From: Oopsacas minuta
Lineage: Eukaryota; Animalia; Porifera
DNA: 64,000 nucleotides
Direction of reading: 5' to 3'
Assembly: GCA_024704765.1 (NCBI GenBank)
Contig: JAKMXF010000066.1
Location: 927,883-991,882 of the forward strand
Made by a program: the position numbers and the translations under genes. This document shows, piece by piece, positions 1-11,800 of the stretch (its first letter is position 1; each line of letters begins with the position of its first letter). The notes under the pieces are model-generated. The model was not told where the DNA came from. It made no database searches and saw only the letters and a list, made by a program, of their open reading frames with translations.

Positions 1-2178
1 TCATCTACTTGAAATAACCTTTAAGTCCTCCTCTATGGTTCAGTTCATAACTAATCAAGTCAACACTCCGATCAGCTAGTCAACTAGCACAGAAATCCAC
101 ACAGCCGTCCCCTTGGTTCACCCTTTTCAGCTAGAATCCAATCAAAGTCTCGCTCGTCCATATTTGAAACACTTTCGTGTATCTCATACTTCGACGCATT
201 AACACACATCATCGATTGTCTAGTTATCTAGAATACTGGGAAGACATTCTCGCTCCTTTCCTTGTTTTCCAAAAAATTCTCACGCCCCCCGGTTCACCCT
301 TTTCAGCTAGAATCCAATCAAACGCCATCCGCCTACATTCATCTACTTGAAATAACCTTTAAGTCCTCCTCTATGGTTCAGTTCATAACTAATCAAGTCA
401 ACACTCCGATCAGCTAGTCAACTAGCACAGAAATCCACACAGCCGTCCCCTTGGTTCACCCTTTTCAGCTAGAATCCAATCAAAGTCTCGCTCGTCCATA
501 TTTGAAACACTTTCGTGTATCTCATACTTCGACGCATTAACACACATCATCGATTGTCTAGTTATCTAGAATACTGGGAAGACATTCTCGCTCCTTTCCT
601 TGTTTTCCAAAAAATTCTCACGCCCCCCGGTTCACCCTTTTCAGCTAGAATCCAATCAAACGCCATCCGCCTACATTCATCTACTTGAAATAACCTTTAA
701 GTCCTCCTCTATGGTTCAGTTCATAACTAATCAAGTCAACACTCCGATCAGCTAGTCAACTAGCACAGAAATCCACACAGCCGTCCCCTTGGTTCACCCT
801 TTTCAGCTAGAATCCAATCAAAGTCTCGCTCGTCCATATTTGAAACACTTTCGTGTATCTCATACTTCGACGCATTAACACACATCATCGATTGTCTAGT
901 TATCTAGAATACTGGGAAGACATTCTCGCTCCTTTCCTTGTTTTCCAAAAAATTCTCACGCCCCCCGGTTCACCCTTTTCAGCTAGAATCCAATCAAACG
1001 CCATCCGCCTACATTCATCTACTTGAAATAACCTTTAAGTCCTCCTCTATGGTTCAGTTCATAACTAATCAAGTCAACACTCCGATCAGCTAGTCAACTA
1101 GCACAGAAATCCACACAGCCGTCCCCTTGGTTCACCCTTTTCAGCTAGAATCCAATCAAAGTCTCGCTCGTCCATATTTGAAACACTTTCGTGTATCTCA
1201 TACTTCGACGCATTAACACACATCATCGATTGTCTAGTTATCTAGAATACTGGGAAGACATTCTCGCTCCTTTCCTTGTTTTCCAAAAAATTCTCACGCC
1301 CCCCGGTTCACCCTTTTCAGCTAGAATCCAATCAAACGCCATCCGCCTACATTCATCTACTTGAAATAACCTTTAAGTCCTCCTCTATGGTTCAGTTCAT
1401 AACTAATCAAGTCAACACTCCGATCAGCTAGTCAACTAGCACAGAAATCCACACAGCCGTCCCCTTGGTTCACCCTTTTCAGCTAGAATCCAATCAAAGT
1501 CTCGCTCGTCCATATTTGAAACACTTTCGTGTATCTCATACTTCGACGCATTAACACACATCATCGATTGTCTAGTTATCTAGAATACTGGGAAGACATT
1601 CTCGCTCCTTTCCTTGTTTTCCAAAAAATTCTCACGCCCCCCGGTTCACCCTTTTCAGCTAGAATCCAATCAAACGCCATCCGCCTACATTCATCTACTT
1701 GAAATAACCTTTAAGTCCTCCTCTATGGTTCAGTTCATAACTAATCAAGTCAACACTCCGATCAGCTAGTCAACTAGCACAGAAATCCACACAGCCGTCC
1801 CCTTGGTTCACCCTTTTCAGCTAGAATCCAATCAAAGTCTCGCTCGTCCATATTTGAAACACTTTCGTGTATCTCATACTTCGACGCATTAACACACATC
1901 ATCGATTGTCTAGTTATCTAGAATACTGGGAAGACATTCTCGCTCCTTTCCTTGTTTTCCAAAAAATTCTCACGCCCCCCGGTTCACCCTTTTCAGCTAG
2001 AATCCAATCAAACGCCATCCGCCTACATTCATCTACTTGAAATAACCTTTAAGTCCTCCTCTATGGTTCAGTTCATAACTAATCAAGTCAACACTCCGAT
2101 CAGCTAGTCAACTAGCACAGAAATCCACACAGCCGTCCCCTTGGTTCACCCTTTTCAGCTAGAATCCAATCAAAGTCT
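1..2178. repeat. 338-bp tandem satellite, about 6.4 apparently identical copies, truncated by the window's left edge
   Basis: Unit start TCATCTACTT recurs at 1, 339, 677, 1015, 1353, 1691 and 2029; identity ends at 2178. Each unit holds two copies of the 32-bp box GGTTCACCCTTTTCAGCTAGAATCCAATCAAA (115-146 and 291-322). Confidence 0.98.
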
Positions 2179-2710
2179 TGCTTGATTTGAATAAATGAGT
2201 GACATAACTGATCCCATAAAGATCTCTCCACTTTGTACATGTTCTGCTTCTCCTTGACTGATTTGTGCGCCTTTAGTTACTTGTGAGCTAGAATCTAACA
2301 AACATCTCTAACATGAATACACATTATCCATTGTATCCAATTAGCTTCCATTTATGCAGTGAATTGTTAGCTAGAATCGAAAAAAGGTCTCCCTTGGGGC
2401 TTCAGGTATCTCCATTTGTATCCATTTAGTGACTTCTCCTTGTGTGGAATAACGATCTTCAAGTAACTTGAGCTTGAATTGATTGTATTTAATACAGTGA
2501 AGACACTCTCCTTGGAAACAATTTAATACAGTGAAGACACTCCCCATTCTTTCCTTGTTTTCTCAAAAAATCTATCGTTCACTCCTATCCACCCACGTCT
2601 ACTCAAATGCACTGCTTCCCCCCCAGCCGCAAAGCTAGACATATCATCCTGTCCCCCTGGTTCACCTTTTTCACTTAGAATCCAATCCAACGCCATCCAC
2701 CCTGTGCCAT
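2179..2710. repeat. Degenerate satellite-related edge sequence
   Basis: GCTAGAATC cores at 2287 and 2370, a diverged box GGTTCACCTTTTTCACTTAGAATCCAATCCAACGCCATCC near 2659-2698, and a diverged GAAGACA..TTTCCTTGTTTT..AAAAAA segment at 2523-2570. Confidence 0.85.
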
Positions 2711-2749
2711 AGGTACTTCCAATCACACTACTCCCCTGTCTATCCTGGT

Positions 2750-3020
2750 TATTAGAACGTGTTCTTATACGACATGGTGGTTGTAAGAACATGCTCTTAT
2801 CCAATACATACTGGTTATAAGAACTTATTTTATACGACATGCTGGTTTTAAGAACATGTTCTTACACTATGCAACCTGGTTATGAGAACATGTTCTTTTA
2901 TAAGACATGCTGGTTATAAGAACTTGTTGGGCTATGAGACATACTGGTTGTAAGTTCATGTTATTATATAAAACATGCTGGCTATAAGAACATGTTCTTG
3001 TCTAAGAGATTCTGGTTTTA
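2750..3020. repeat. ~34-bp minisatellite, about 8 copies, consensus ACATGCTGGTTATAAGAACATGTTCTTATA
   Basis: CTGG core at 2842, 2876, 2910, 2944, 2978 and 3012 (34-bp period). Perfect 16-bp palindrome TAAGAACATGTTCTTA at 2849-2864. Confidence 0.9.
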
Positions 3021-3287
3021 CGGCCATTATTTCCAGTTCTCGACGATGTTCTTATAACCTGCATTGACTGTACTACTTGTTTCATCTATTTTATGACTGT
3101 TTTGTAGTATAACCATTCCACTACCCTATCCATTATAAGTTCCATAATATTTAAATATTCACAATTATAAGAATCAATTAACATGCGCAATACTTCTATT
3201 TCCAATCACTTCTTTATCATCTCCAATGTTTCTTGGTTCAGTTAGATAGGAATTTATATTTGGAACGTCTGAGCTGATTGACACATC

Positions 3288-3552
3288 GAGAGAATTCTGC
3301 TAAAATTTGAGCAGAGGTGAGGGAAATAATGAGAGAATTCTGCCAGAAAATTGAGCAGAGGTGAGTGAAAAAATTCGTGAATTCTGTCAGAAAATTGAGC
3401 AGAGGTGAGGGAAGAAATGAGAGAATTCTGTCAGAAAATTGAGCCGAGGCGAGTGTCGAATTGACACAATTCTGTCAGAAAATTGACCAGAGGTGAGTGA
3501 CGCATTGACTGAATTCTGTAAAGATGTTCAGCAGAGGTGAGGGAAGAATTGA
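3288..3552. repeat. ~44-bp minisatellite, 6 copies (GAATTCTGTCAGAAAATTGAGCAGAGGTGAG...)
   Basis: AATTCTG at 3293, 3336, 3380, 3424, 3468 and 3512. Confidence 0.92.
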
Positions 3553-3695
3553 GAGTACGACAGCGGCATTGCAAGAGATAGAGTGAATAGGAGCATGGAG
3601 GACGAACGAGAGTGAATAGTTGTGACATCTGTGAGAGAAGTAGAATATATTTACAAATAAACAATTATGCTCGTATTTATACTCTTTTCACTAGT

Positions 3696-3826
3696 GCAGG
3701 TGTTGCATGCAGTGCAGTTGTTACTAGTATAGCAGGTGTTGCAAGTGTTACAGACATTTCTGTTTTTGCAGGTGGTAACAACTAAGGAAATAGTATAGTT
3801 TATACTAAACATGTTGTGACACCTGC
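3696..3826. repeat. Degenerate 36-bp repeat carrying GCAGGTG E-boxes
   Basis: GCAGGTG at 3696, 3732 and 3768 (exact 36-bp spacing), plus an inverted CACCTGC at 3820-3826. Confidence 0.65.
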
Positions 3827-3878
3827 AACTCACTAACAAGTATATATACGATCAGAATTGAACATGATAATTACAGTT

Positions 3879-3902
3879 TTCTCTTCTCTTCTCTTCTCTC
3901 TG
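3879..3902. repeat. (CTCTT)n pyrimidine microsatellite
   Basis: TTCTCTTCTCTTCTCTTCTCTCTG read directly from the sequence. Confidence 0.8.
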
Positions 3903-4392
3903 CTCAACTGCCCTTCCTTCCTCTCATATTCTACCTCTTTTGTTTGAGGTTGACCGGGGCAATTGTGAAGTGTCTCAGACGTGTCCACTTACAATCAAGC
4001 TACTAAGCTGCAGCCTTGAGAACCTACCGCAGATGATTCATATATTTTATGCGATTATTGTAATACAAATTCCTGTAATAATGATAAAGATATTCGATAA
4101 TATACCCTTCAATATCTTGAGTAATCCGCTAACGTATTGATATCATAATTTAATTATACCATTTCTTTCTATTTACTGAGCTTTACCTTATGATCTTTGC
4201 TTTCTTATTATTTGTTATATGTTTACTTCAAATATGTCTAATCGATATTCATCTTATTTCCTTGCTTTTCTATCCTCTTGTACTTATATTAAATATGCAC
4301 AAACATGAAACTAGATAGTTATACTTTTTCTTAGTCTAAATATATGATATTCCATATGTCTGACAAATATATCTTGCAAATTTATATTGTTG

Positions 4393-5754
4393 ATGGCAAA
4401 TTATATTGAGGTAGACGCATTGAATAGGCAAAAAGAGAATTTTCTTGCTATAGAATCATTATGTGAAACTATTTCCAAATTACAATCAGGTACAAGTTGG
4501 ATTATCATTGGCTACACAAACAAAAGTGATATCAATTCACTTTCCGTATTAAAACAAGGGCAACAATGGAATATTCTGCTACAAATACTTCCTTCTGATC
4601 ATGTATGTTATGTGTATGCAAGGGTAGAGTTTGGGAAATTTCCTGGTTCTTGTTTCCTCATAAAATGGACTGGTGAACAAGTTACTGAAGAAAAGAAAAT
4701 ACATGAAAGCGTTCACGAAAATATCATCATTAGTTTATTCTCCCGTTATGAAAGAATTATTTACGCACATTCACAAGGAAATCTGAATAAACAGGTTGCA
4801 GACTGTTTCAAATCAACACAGACAAGACATGGGAGTATCCGTAGCAGTACCACAATTAGAAAGTCAGGTAAAGTTCCCAAAAGGCATTCAAGTTTTCATC
4901 ATACAAGACATTTAGCACATCCTACATTTTTCTTAAAGCCTACTGAGGATAATTCACAGCTTGGAATTACCAGAACTCACGAAGAACCAATTGGTAAGTT
5001 AAAATCTTAGATTTGGGTTTGCTTATTTCCTTAATGAGTAATATTCTTGATATATTTAGGAGAAACTGCAATACAGATTCTCCGAGCTAAGGTCATTGTT
5101 GTTGGAGATATAGCTGTTGGAAAATCTTCTTTAATCCACACATACATTAATAGATCACCAGAATTCTCCACAGCCAAACCTACATTCCCCGTAGACTATT
5201 TATTCAAGACTGTTAATGTGCAGAAAAATATACACCTGAATTTAGAGATTTGGGATACCATGGGTGAGGAAAGATTCGCCTCTTTAGCCCCTATTTGGTA
5301 TAGATATGCAGCAGCTGCTATACTTGTATACGATAAGACTAATGAAGAATCATTCAAACATATAGAGGATTGGCTGCAAAGAGTCAAAATGTATTCAGAA
5401 CCTCATATCATAGTTCTGGTAGGAAATAAGTCAGATTTGTCGCAGGATGAAGTTATTCCAAAAGCTGAAGGGGTAACATATGCATTTGAAAAAGGTCTTA
5501 TGTTTATTGAGACTAGTACCATGGATGTTGATACGATTGATCAGATATTCTACTTGATGACTAGAAGGCTATTACCTAAATTATTAGAACTGGAAGAAGG
5601 CAGTCAATGCTATATGAGATGTAGAGGCAGGACAATATTGGATTTCGAAGAAGGAAGGGCTCCTCCCAGTCGTTCTGATACAATAGACTTATACTCAAGT
5701 TTCAAACTCACCAATAAACGAACTCATAAGCATTCCAATAAATGTTGTAATTAA
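4393..5754 (+). CDS. ADF-H (coactosin/drebrin-like) domain fused to a Rab5/21/22-like GTPase, about 431 aa, 2 exons
   Basis: Exons 4393-4993 and 5060-5754; GT-AG intron 4994-5059 is phase-1 compatible (G+GA=GGA). ADF-H motifs WIIIGY, YVYARV, FLIKWTGEQV. Rab motifs GDIAVGKSS, WDTMGEERF, LAPIWYRYAAAAILVYD, GNKSD, ETS and C-terminal CCN. Confidence 0.85.
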
Positions 5755-5872
5755 TTCTGTAATTACTATATAAGTGCATAAGGTCTGAATACAAGGTCAT
5801 TGATTTATTATAGTCTTTATCAGTTTTAAACTCTCTATAACTAGTCATTGAATTCCTGTTTGCCTATTAGAT

Positions 5873-8800
5873 ATGAGTAGAATACTACTCTTACTTCTGT
5901 TTATCCATATTCTTATAAGTCTCCTCCTGGTTAATGGACAGATAATATTCGATAATGAACCATACAGAACTGACCTGAATGAAGAAACTCCAATAAACAC
6001 AGTTGTGCTGACAGTATCCGCTATCGACCTGAGTATTACATCTACTACTGGGATGTACTCTATAACATCAGATGAGTTCATCATTGATTCTCTTGAAGGT
6101 TCTGTTAGAACTAATTCGATTATCGATAGAGAGGAATCTGGTACTCCTTTACTGTTCGCATTTGATGTTACTTATGTATCTGATATTGGTAAGCTTATCA
6201 TAGATCAATTGTACTATTGATTATTTCAATGTTCTATTGCTATCAGGCTTATCTTAATTCTTATTTTCTATTTAGGTAATGTTGGCACATCTACCATTAC
6301 AATATCGATAAAAGATATTAACGATAATACTCCCTCCTTCACTAACTCCACTTTCTACATAACTATACCTGAATATACTCCAGTAGATACTATTATCCAC
6401 ATAGCTGTAGCAACAGATGCTGATACTGTGTCAATACAAGAGTCTGTGGATGGAAATGGCATCTCTGTGTTTAATTATACGATTGATTTTGGTAGAGTTC
6501 TGTACTATATTGTAGGAGGAAATGGAAGTAACTATTTTAATATTGATGTGGATTCGGGTGAAATCAAGGTTAGTTTACTAACTCAATTCTTAGAATAATT
6601 TACAGTTTATTGTTTGTATATTTTCTGCTTAGCAACTAAACTTCATAAACAATAGATATTATTATCAGGAATAGTACACCTAACTCCATGATTAGTAGAA
6701 CAGAAGGTCATTAATATATGAGTGATGCAGAACACTGATAAGATGTATTAGTTTCGAATTAGCTATGTATTATTGCATCAACCTTAGTTAGTTATTATAT
6801 TGAACTATTTCATTATTTAGACTATGGTTGGCGATATCGATTTTGATTCTATTCCCTCTCTAACACTTAATATCAGTGCACAAGACGGACCTGGCTTAAC
6901 TGCATACGCCTTATTAGTAATCACTATAGAAGATATCAATGATAATACTCCCATTATTATATATCCTAACTCTTTCTCTATTACACTGAGTGAGGCTGTT
7001 AGTGTAGATCTTATATTGGTAGAGAATATTACTAGTATGGATCTGGATCATGGATTGAATGCTGACGTCACGTAAGTTATATTATCCGTGCTATGTAATG
7101 ATTTTTGTCTATAATATATTACCTTAATTTAATTTAGGTACTCTGTATCAATATCAAATCAATCAGACAGCTTCTCTATAGATCCCACTTCCGGTAGAGT
7201 GGTACTAATATCACCTCTGGACAGAGATTTAGACTCTGTAGTATCATTAACAATACTAGCTACTGATGGAGGTACACTAGCTCTCAGTAGCTCGATTATT
7301 ATTACTATAATATTAACTGATGTAAATGATAACACTCCTACATTCTCTAATGATGTGTTTATGTTTGATTTGATGGAGGATATTGTGAATGGCAGTACTG
7401 TATATGAATTTATTGCTGTTGATAACGATGAAGGTTTGAATGGCACAGTTAGGCAAGTTGTTATACGAAATATAGTATCATAATATGTATTCAAATATGC
7501 CATTTATATTTTCAACAGGAGTATACATACATTTACGATCTATTCAATTTTATAAATTAGCTATAATGTGTTTCTACGTGAAAACCCTTACTGGTCAATC
7601 TATACCAATCAACCTAGACCCAAATGTTACTATAGAAGATGTGAAAGAGTCTATAGAAGAGAGTACAGGTATTCCTGTACTCTCACAGCGTCTGTTATTT
7701 GCCAGTCACGAGCTAGATGATGAATTAACTGTACAAGAGTGTGGGATTGTTTCCGATACTACTGTACACCTGAATCTAGAGCTCAGCGGAGGTGCGAAAA
7801 AGCGCAAAAAGAAGCAATATTCTACACCTAAGAAGAACAAACATAAGAAAAAGAAGGAGAAGTTATTAGCTCTGAAATTCTATAAAGTTGATGATAACGG
7901 TAAAGTTACTCGTCTTCGTAGAGAATGTAATCGTGAGGAGTGTGGAGCTGGTGTATTCATGGCAGCACATTTCGATAGGCAGTACTGCGGGAAATGCGGA
8001 CTTACTTATGTCTTCACAAAGGAAACTTAGTTGAATTTATAGCTTTATAGCTTAGGATTATTAGATTTGACTTTATTAGTTATTCGTTGATTACTATGGT
8101 ATTTCATTAATTGTAGAATTTGTATCCGGTACAGGAGTAGTTCTGATTACGTTATAATTCTGAATAGAAATTTATTTATTCGATTTATTTCGCAGGTATT
8201 CTCTTTCTCATTCACATTTCCACCTATCTCCAGATACTGGTGTACTCTCATTGATACAAACACTAGACAGAGAGACTACTGGAGAATATACCTTTGCTAT
8301 AATTGCATTTGATTTCGGTACTCCAATACCTACCACTGGTAGTGCTATTGTAAATGTAACAGTACTAGATGTTAATGATAATTTTCCTATCTTTAATTCC
8401 AGTTATTTTGAGTTACATATATTGGATACAGAAATTCCTATACTACTCATATCTACCGTTACAGCTCAAGGTATAATATTTGTATTAATATTTGTTTATA
8501 CTATTCGTATTTGCATTAATTATAATTGCTAGATAATGATATCGGGACAAATGGTGATATAACATATTCCTTCACACCAGACAGCACAAATCCATTTGCT
8601 ATAGACTCTATTACAGGAGATATAACGCTTACAAATAGTGTATCATACTCCCTGAGTAATGAATGGCATAACTATACTGTTAATGCTATGGACAGTGCTG
8701 CAGCTAGTGAACAGAGAACTGGCTTTACACAGTTATCTATCCGGGTAGGTTATTATATTTAATAATAATCCTATGGCTAGATGAGATCCTGAGTAACACT

Positions 8801-11800
8801 GTATGTTCTTATAGGTACACGAGCCAGATTCATCTCCTCCTGTCTTCTCTCAGAGTTCATACAACACTACAGTACCTGAGAATACTACTGTTAATACAGT
8901 TATACTGACTGTCACTGCTACTGACATAGACAGAGGTATAAATGGAGATATTAGATATTATATTGTAGAGGAAGATAATGCGTTCTGTTATAACCTCAAT
9001 GAATGTGGTATTGCTGGTACTCTTGGTGTTAATCCTATTACAGGGAATGTGATTGTTAGCTCTCCTCTGGATAGAGATATAAGGTATAGTTTAGTTTGTA
9101 TGTTATATGACGCAATATTTCTAATCATATTTCAATATAGGGAATCTCTATCATTCCAGATAATAGCATATGATGGTGGATACCCTGTAGCAATGAATGA
9201 TACCACTAACGTAACTATTTTCCTGTCAGATTCTCCAGACACTCCTCCACAATTTCAGTCATCTTCTATCAATGCTTCTTTACAAGAGAATATTCTACCA
9301 CCTCACTTTATAACTTCTATAGTAGTTACAGATCCTGATTTAGGAGATGCTGGGCTACTCTCATTGCAGATTGATTACTCTGCATTGGATGGTATACTGT
9401 TTATATTAAATTCTACTACAGGTGAGCTATTATAAGAGATTATATTCTCCTTTAATTATCTTTACTTGTATATGCTATTCAGGTGATCTATACTCTAATT
9501 ATACATTTGATCGTGAAGCAAGTGATTCCTACCAACTTTCAATAATTGCAATAGATTTCGCTCAAATTCCCCTTACTTCCTATCTTCTGGTTAATATTAC
9601 TATTCTAGATCAAAATGATAATTCTCCATTCCTTCTACCCAACTCTTTCAATAGAATTCTTGAAGCTAAGCCAATTGCTACAGTTGTAGATTCAAATCTA
9701 ACAGTACTTGATAACGATATAGGTTTGAATGCTCAACTTTCTTACTCAATCTTGAGTATTTTACCAGAGAATCATTTTACAATAAACAATAATACAGGCC
9801 TCTTGTATACAGATTTTGTATTAGACATCACGGTAATATCTTCCTATAATATTTGTATACTAGTTCAAGATAATACATTGCCTTATTATAATTTATCATT
9901 CTGTATTGAAATACAAGTATTGGATGGCAATTTTAACCCTCCGATATTCTCACGAACTCAGTACAATACTACTTTATTAGAATCTTCTCCTATTGGATTT
10001 GTGTTAATAGATTTGTTGGCAACAGACAGTGATTTCTCTGATGATAATAACCTCATTTTCTATTTTTTAAACTCTACTTTCCCTACCGAATTTAACAGTA
10101 CATTTTCTATTAACAATTTGAATGGCAGCATTAGTTTGATTGGAGAGATAGATCGGGAGTATATTCACGAAATTATTATTCCAGTTATCGCTATAGATCA
10201 ACCGCTATTTGATTTACCTAAATCAGCTGTTACATATGTTACAGTGTATTTAGAAGATGTGAATGAATTCCCTCCTTATTTCAATACTACAAATGCTAGC
10301 ATAATTATATCAGAAGGAGTTCTACCAAATACTCTAATATTCAATTTGTTAGCTGCTGATAATGATGCTGATACTCCTAATAATGAGATTAGATATTCTA
10401 TTGCTCCCTCCCCGTATTCTTATTGCTTCTATGTAAATGAAATCACTGGAAATGTAAGTCTATTTATCTTGTGAGAATATTCGTATTAATTATCTGTTCT
10501 TAATTATTTTGTAGGTATACACTCAGACAGTGTTAGACCGCGAAACAGTACGATCTCTATCTCTTACATTCTATGCTTCAGACTTGGGTATTCCATCCCT
10601 AAACTCTACATTTATTCTATTTATTAACCTTTCAGATATTAATGATAACTCTCCTCAACTCTCAAATACCACTCTATACTCAGCTGAGAATCAGCTGTCT
10701 CCTTATACAATAGATTTCCTACAAACAGTAGATAATGATAGAGGAAATAACGGAACAATATACACAATGTTCTTACAAGATAATTTGTATAATTTCACAC
10801 TGAATAACGTTACAGGAGAGCTAATATCTTTTATAACATTTGATCGCGAAGATACACCATTTTATAACTTAACTGTAGTCCTAATTGATTCAGGAATACC
10901 TCAGTTACAATCTGTTATACACATTATTATAATTGTGACAGATGTTAATGATAATCCACCAGTATTCATACAAGAATCATATAAGGTATTTGTACGAGAG
11001 GACACAACACCAAATACATTCATTATGTCTGTAACAGCTACTGATTATGATATTAACACTAATGCTATTATATCATACACAATTGGTAGTCAAGATTTCT
11101 TTCAGATTGAGTCAGATACTGGGAATGTGAGGTCAATTGAGTTTCTAGACTTTGAATCTGTCACTGAACATGTTCTGCTAGTATACGCTACTGACGGTAT
11201 ATTCATTGAGAACACAACATTGACAGTATATTTGATTGATGTTAATGATAATCCTCCTGTATTCATACTTGGGTACCAGTTTACTATTAAGGAATGTGCT
11301 TCAGCACATACATATCTTGGTTCAATTGAAACTACTGACATAGATTCATATGAGAATAACACATTCACTGAGTATACGACTGATTCACAGTATTTCTCTA
11401 TACATAGTGAGTCCGGTCTGCTTAAAACTTTGCAGGCATTTGATCGAGCTATTCAAAAGCAGTATATTATCACGGTTATAGCGAATAATACATTAGCAGA
11501 GTTCCCGCTATACTCTGTGTTGGATATTTATATCTTTATTGAACCTGTAGCTGATAGTCCAAAATTCTCTGAGCAATTACAAAACATTGAAATTAATGAA
11601 GTTACACAAATCGGTGCTCTTATATACACATTTCAAGTGCTGGATTATCCTCACGATAGTTTAGGTGTTTCATATTCTATTCAGGCTGGGAATATTGATA
11701 ACCAGTTCTATCTTAACAGTTCTACTGGGGGATTGTTTCTACAGGAACAATTATCTTACTATAAACAGCCTCTTTACGCTCTGTCTATTGTTGCTATTGA

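Noticed and set aside
1-2178. CRISPR array (32-bp repeat plus spacers)
   Set aside because: Spacers are 130-144 bp and just two sequences alternate identically; no cas genes; the context is eukaryotic.
2523-2840. ORF with MALDWILSEKG resembling a retroviral Env immunosuppressive motif
   Set aside because: It is the antisense reading of the satellite box, with no CX6CC, TM, or gag/pol context; the 338-bp period is not a multiple of 3. Likely coincidence.
3651-3839. Cys-rich metallothionein-like ORF (CNTCNTC...)
   Set aside because: The cysteines arise from the antisense reading of the 36-bp GCAGGTGTTGCA repeat; no other support.
7485-7565. 27-aa N-terminal extension of the UBL-eS31 ORF
   Set aside because: Homology starts at ATG 7566 (ubiquitin Met1) and an acceptor-like TAG lies just before it.
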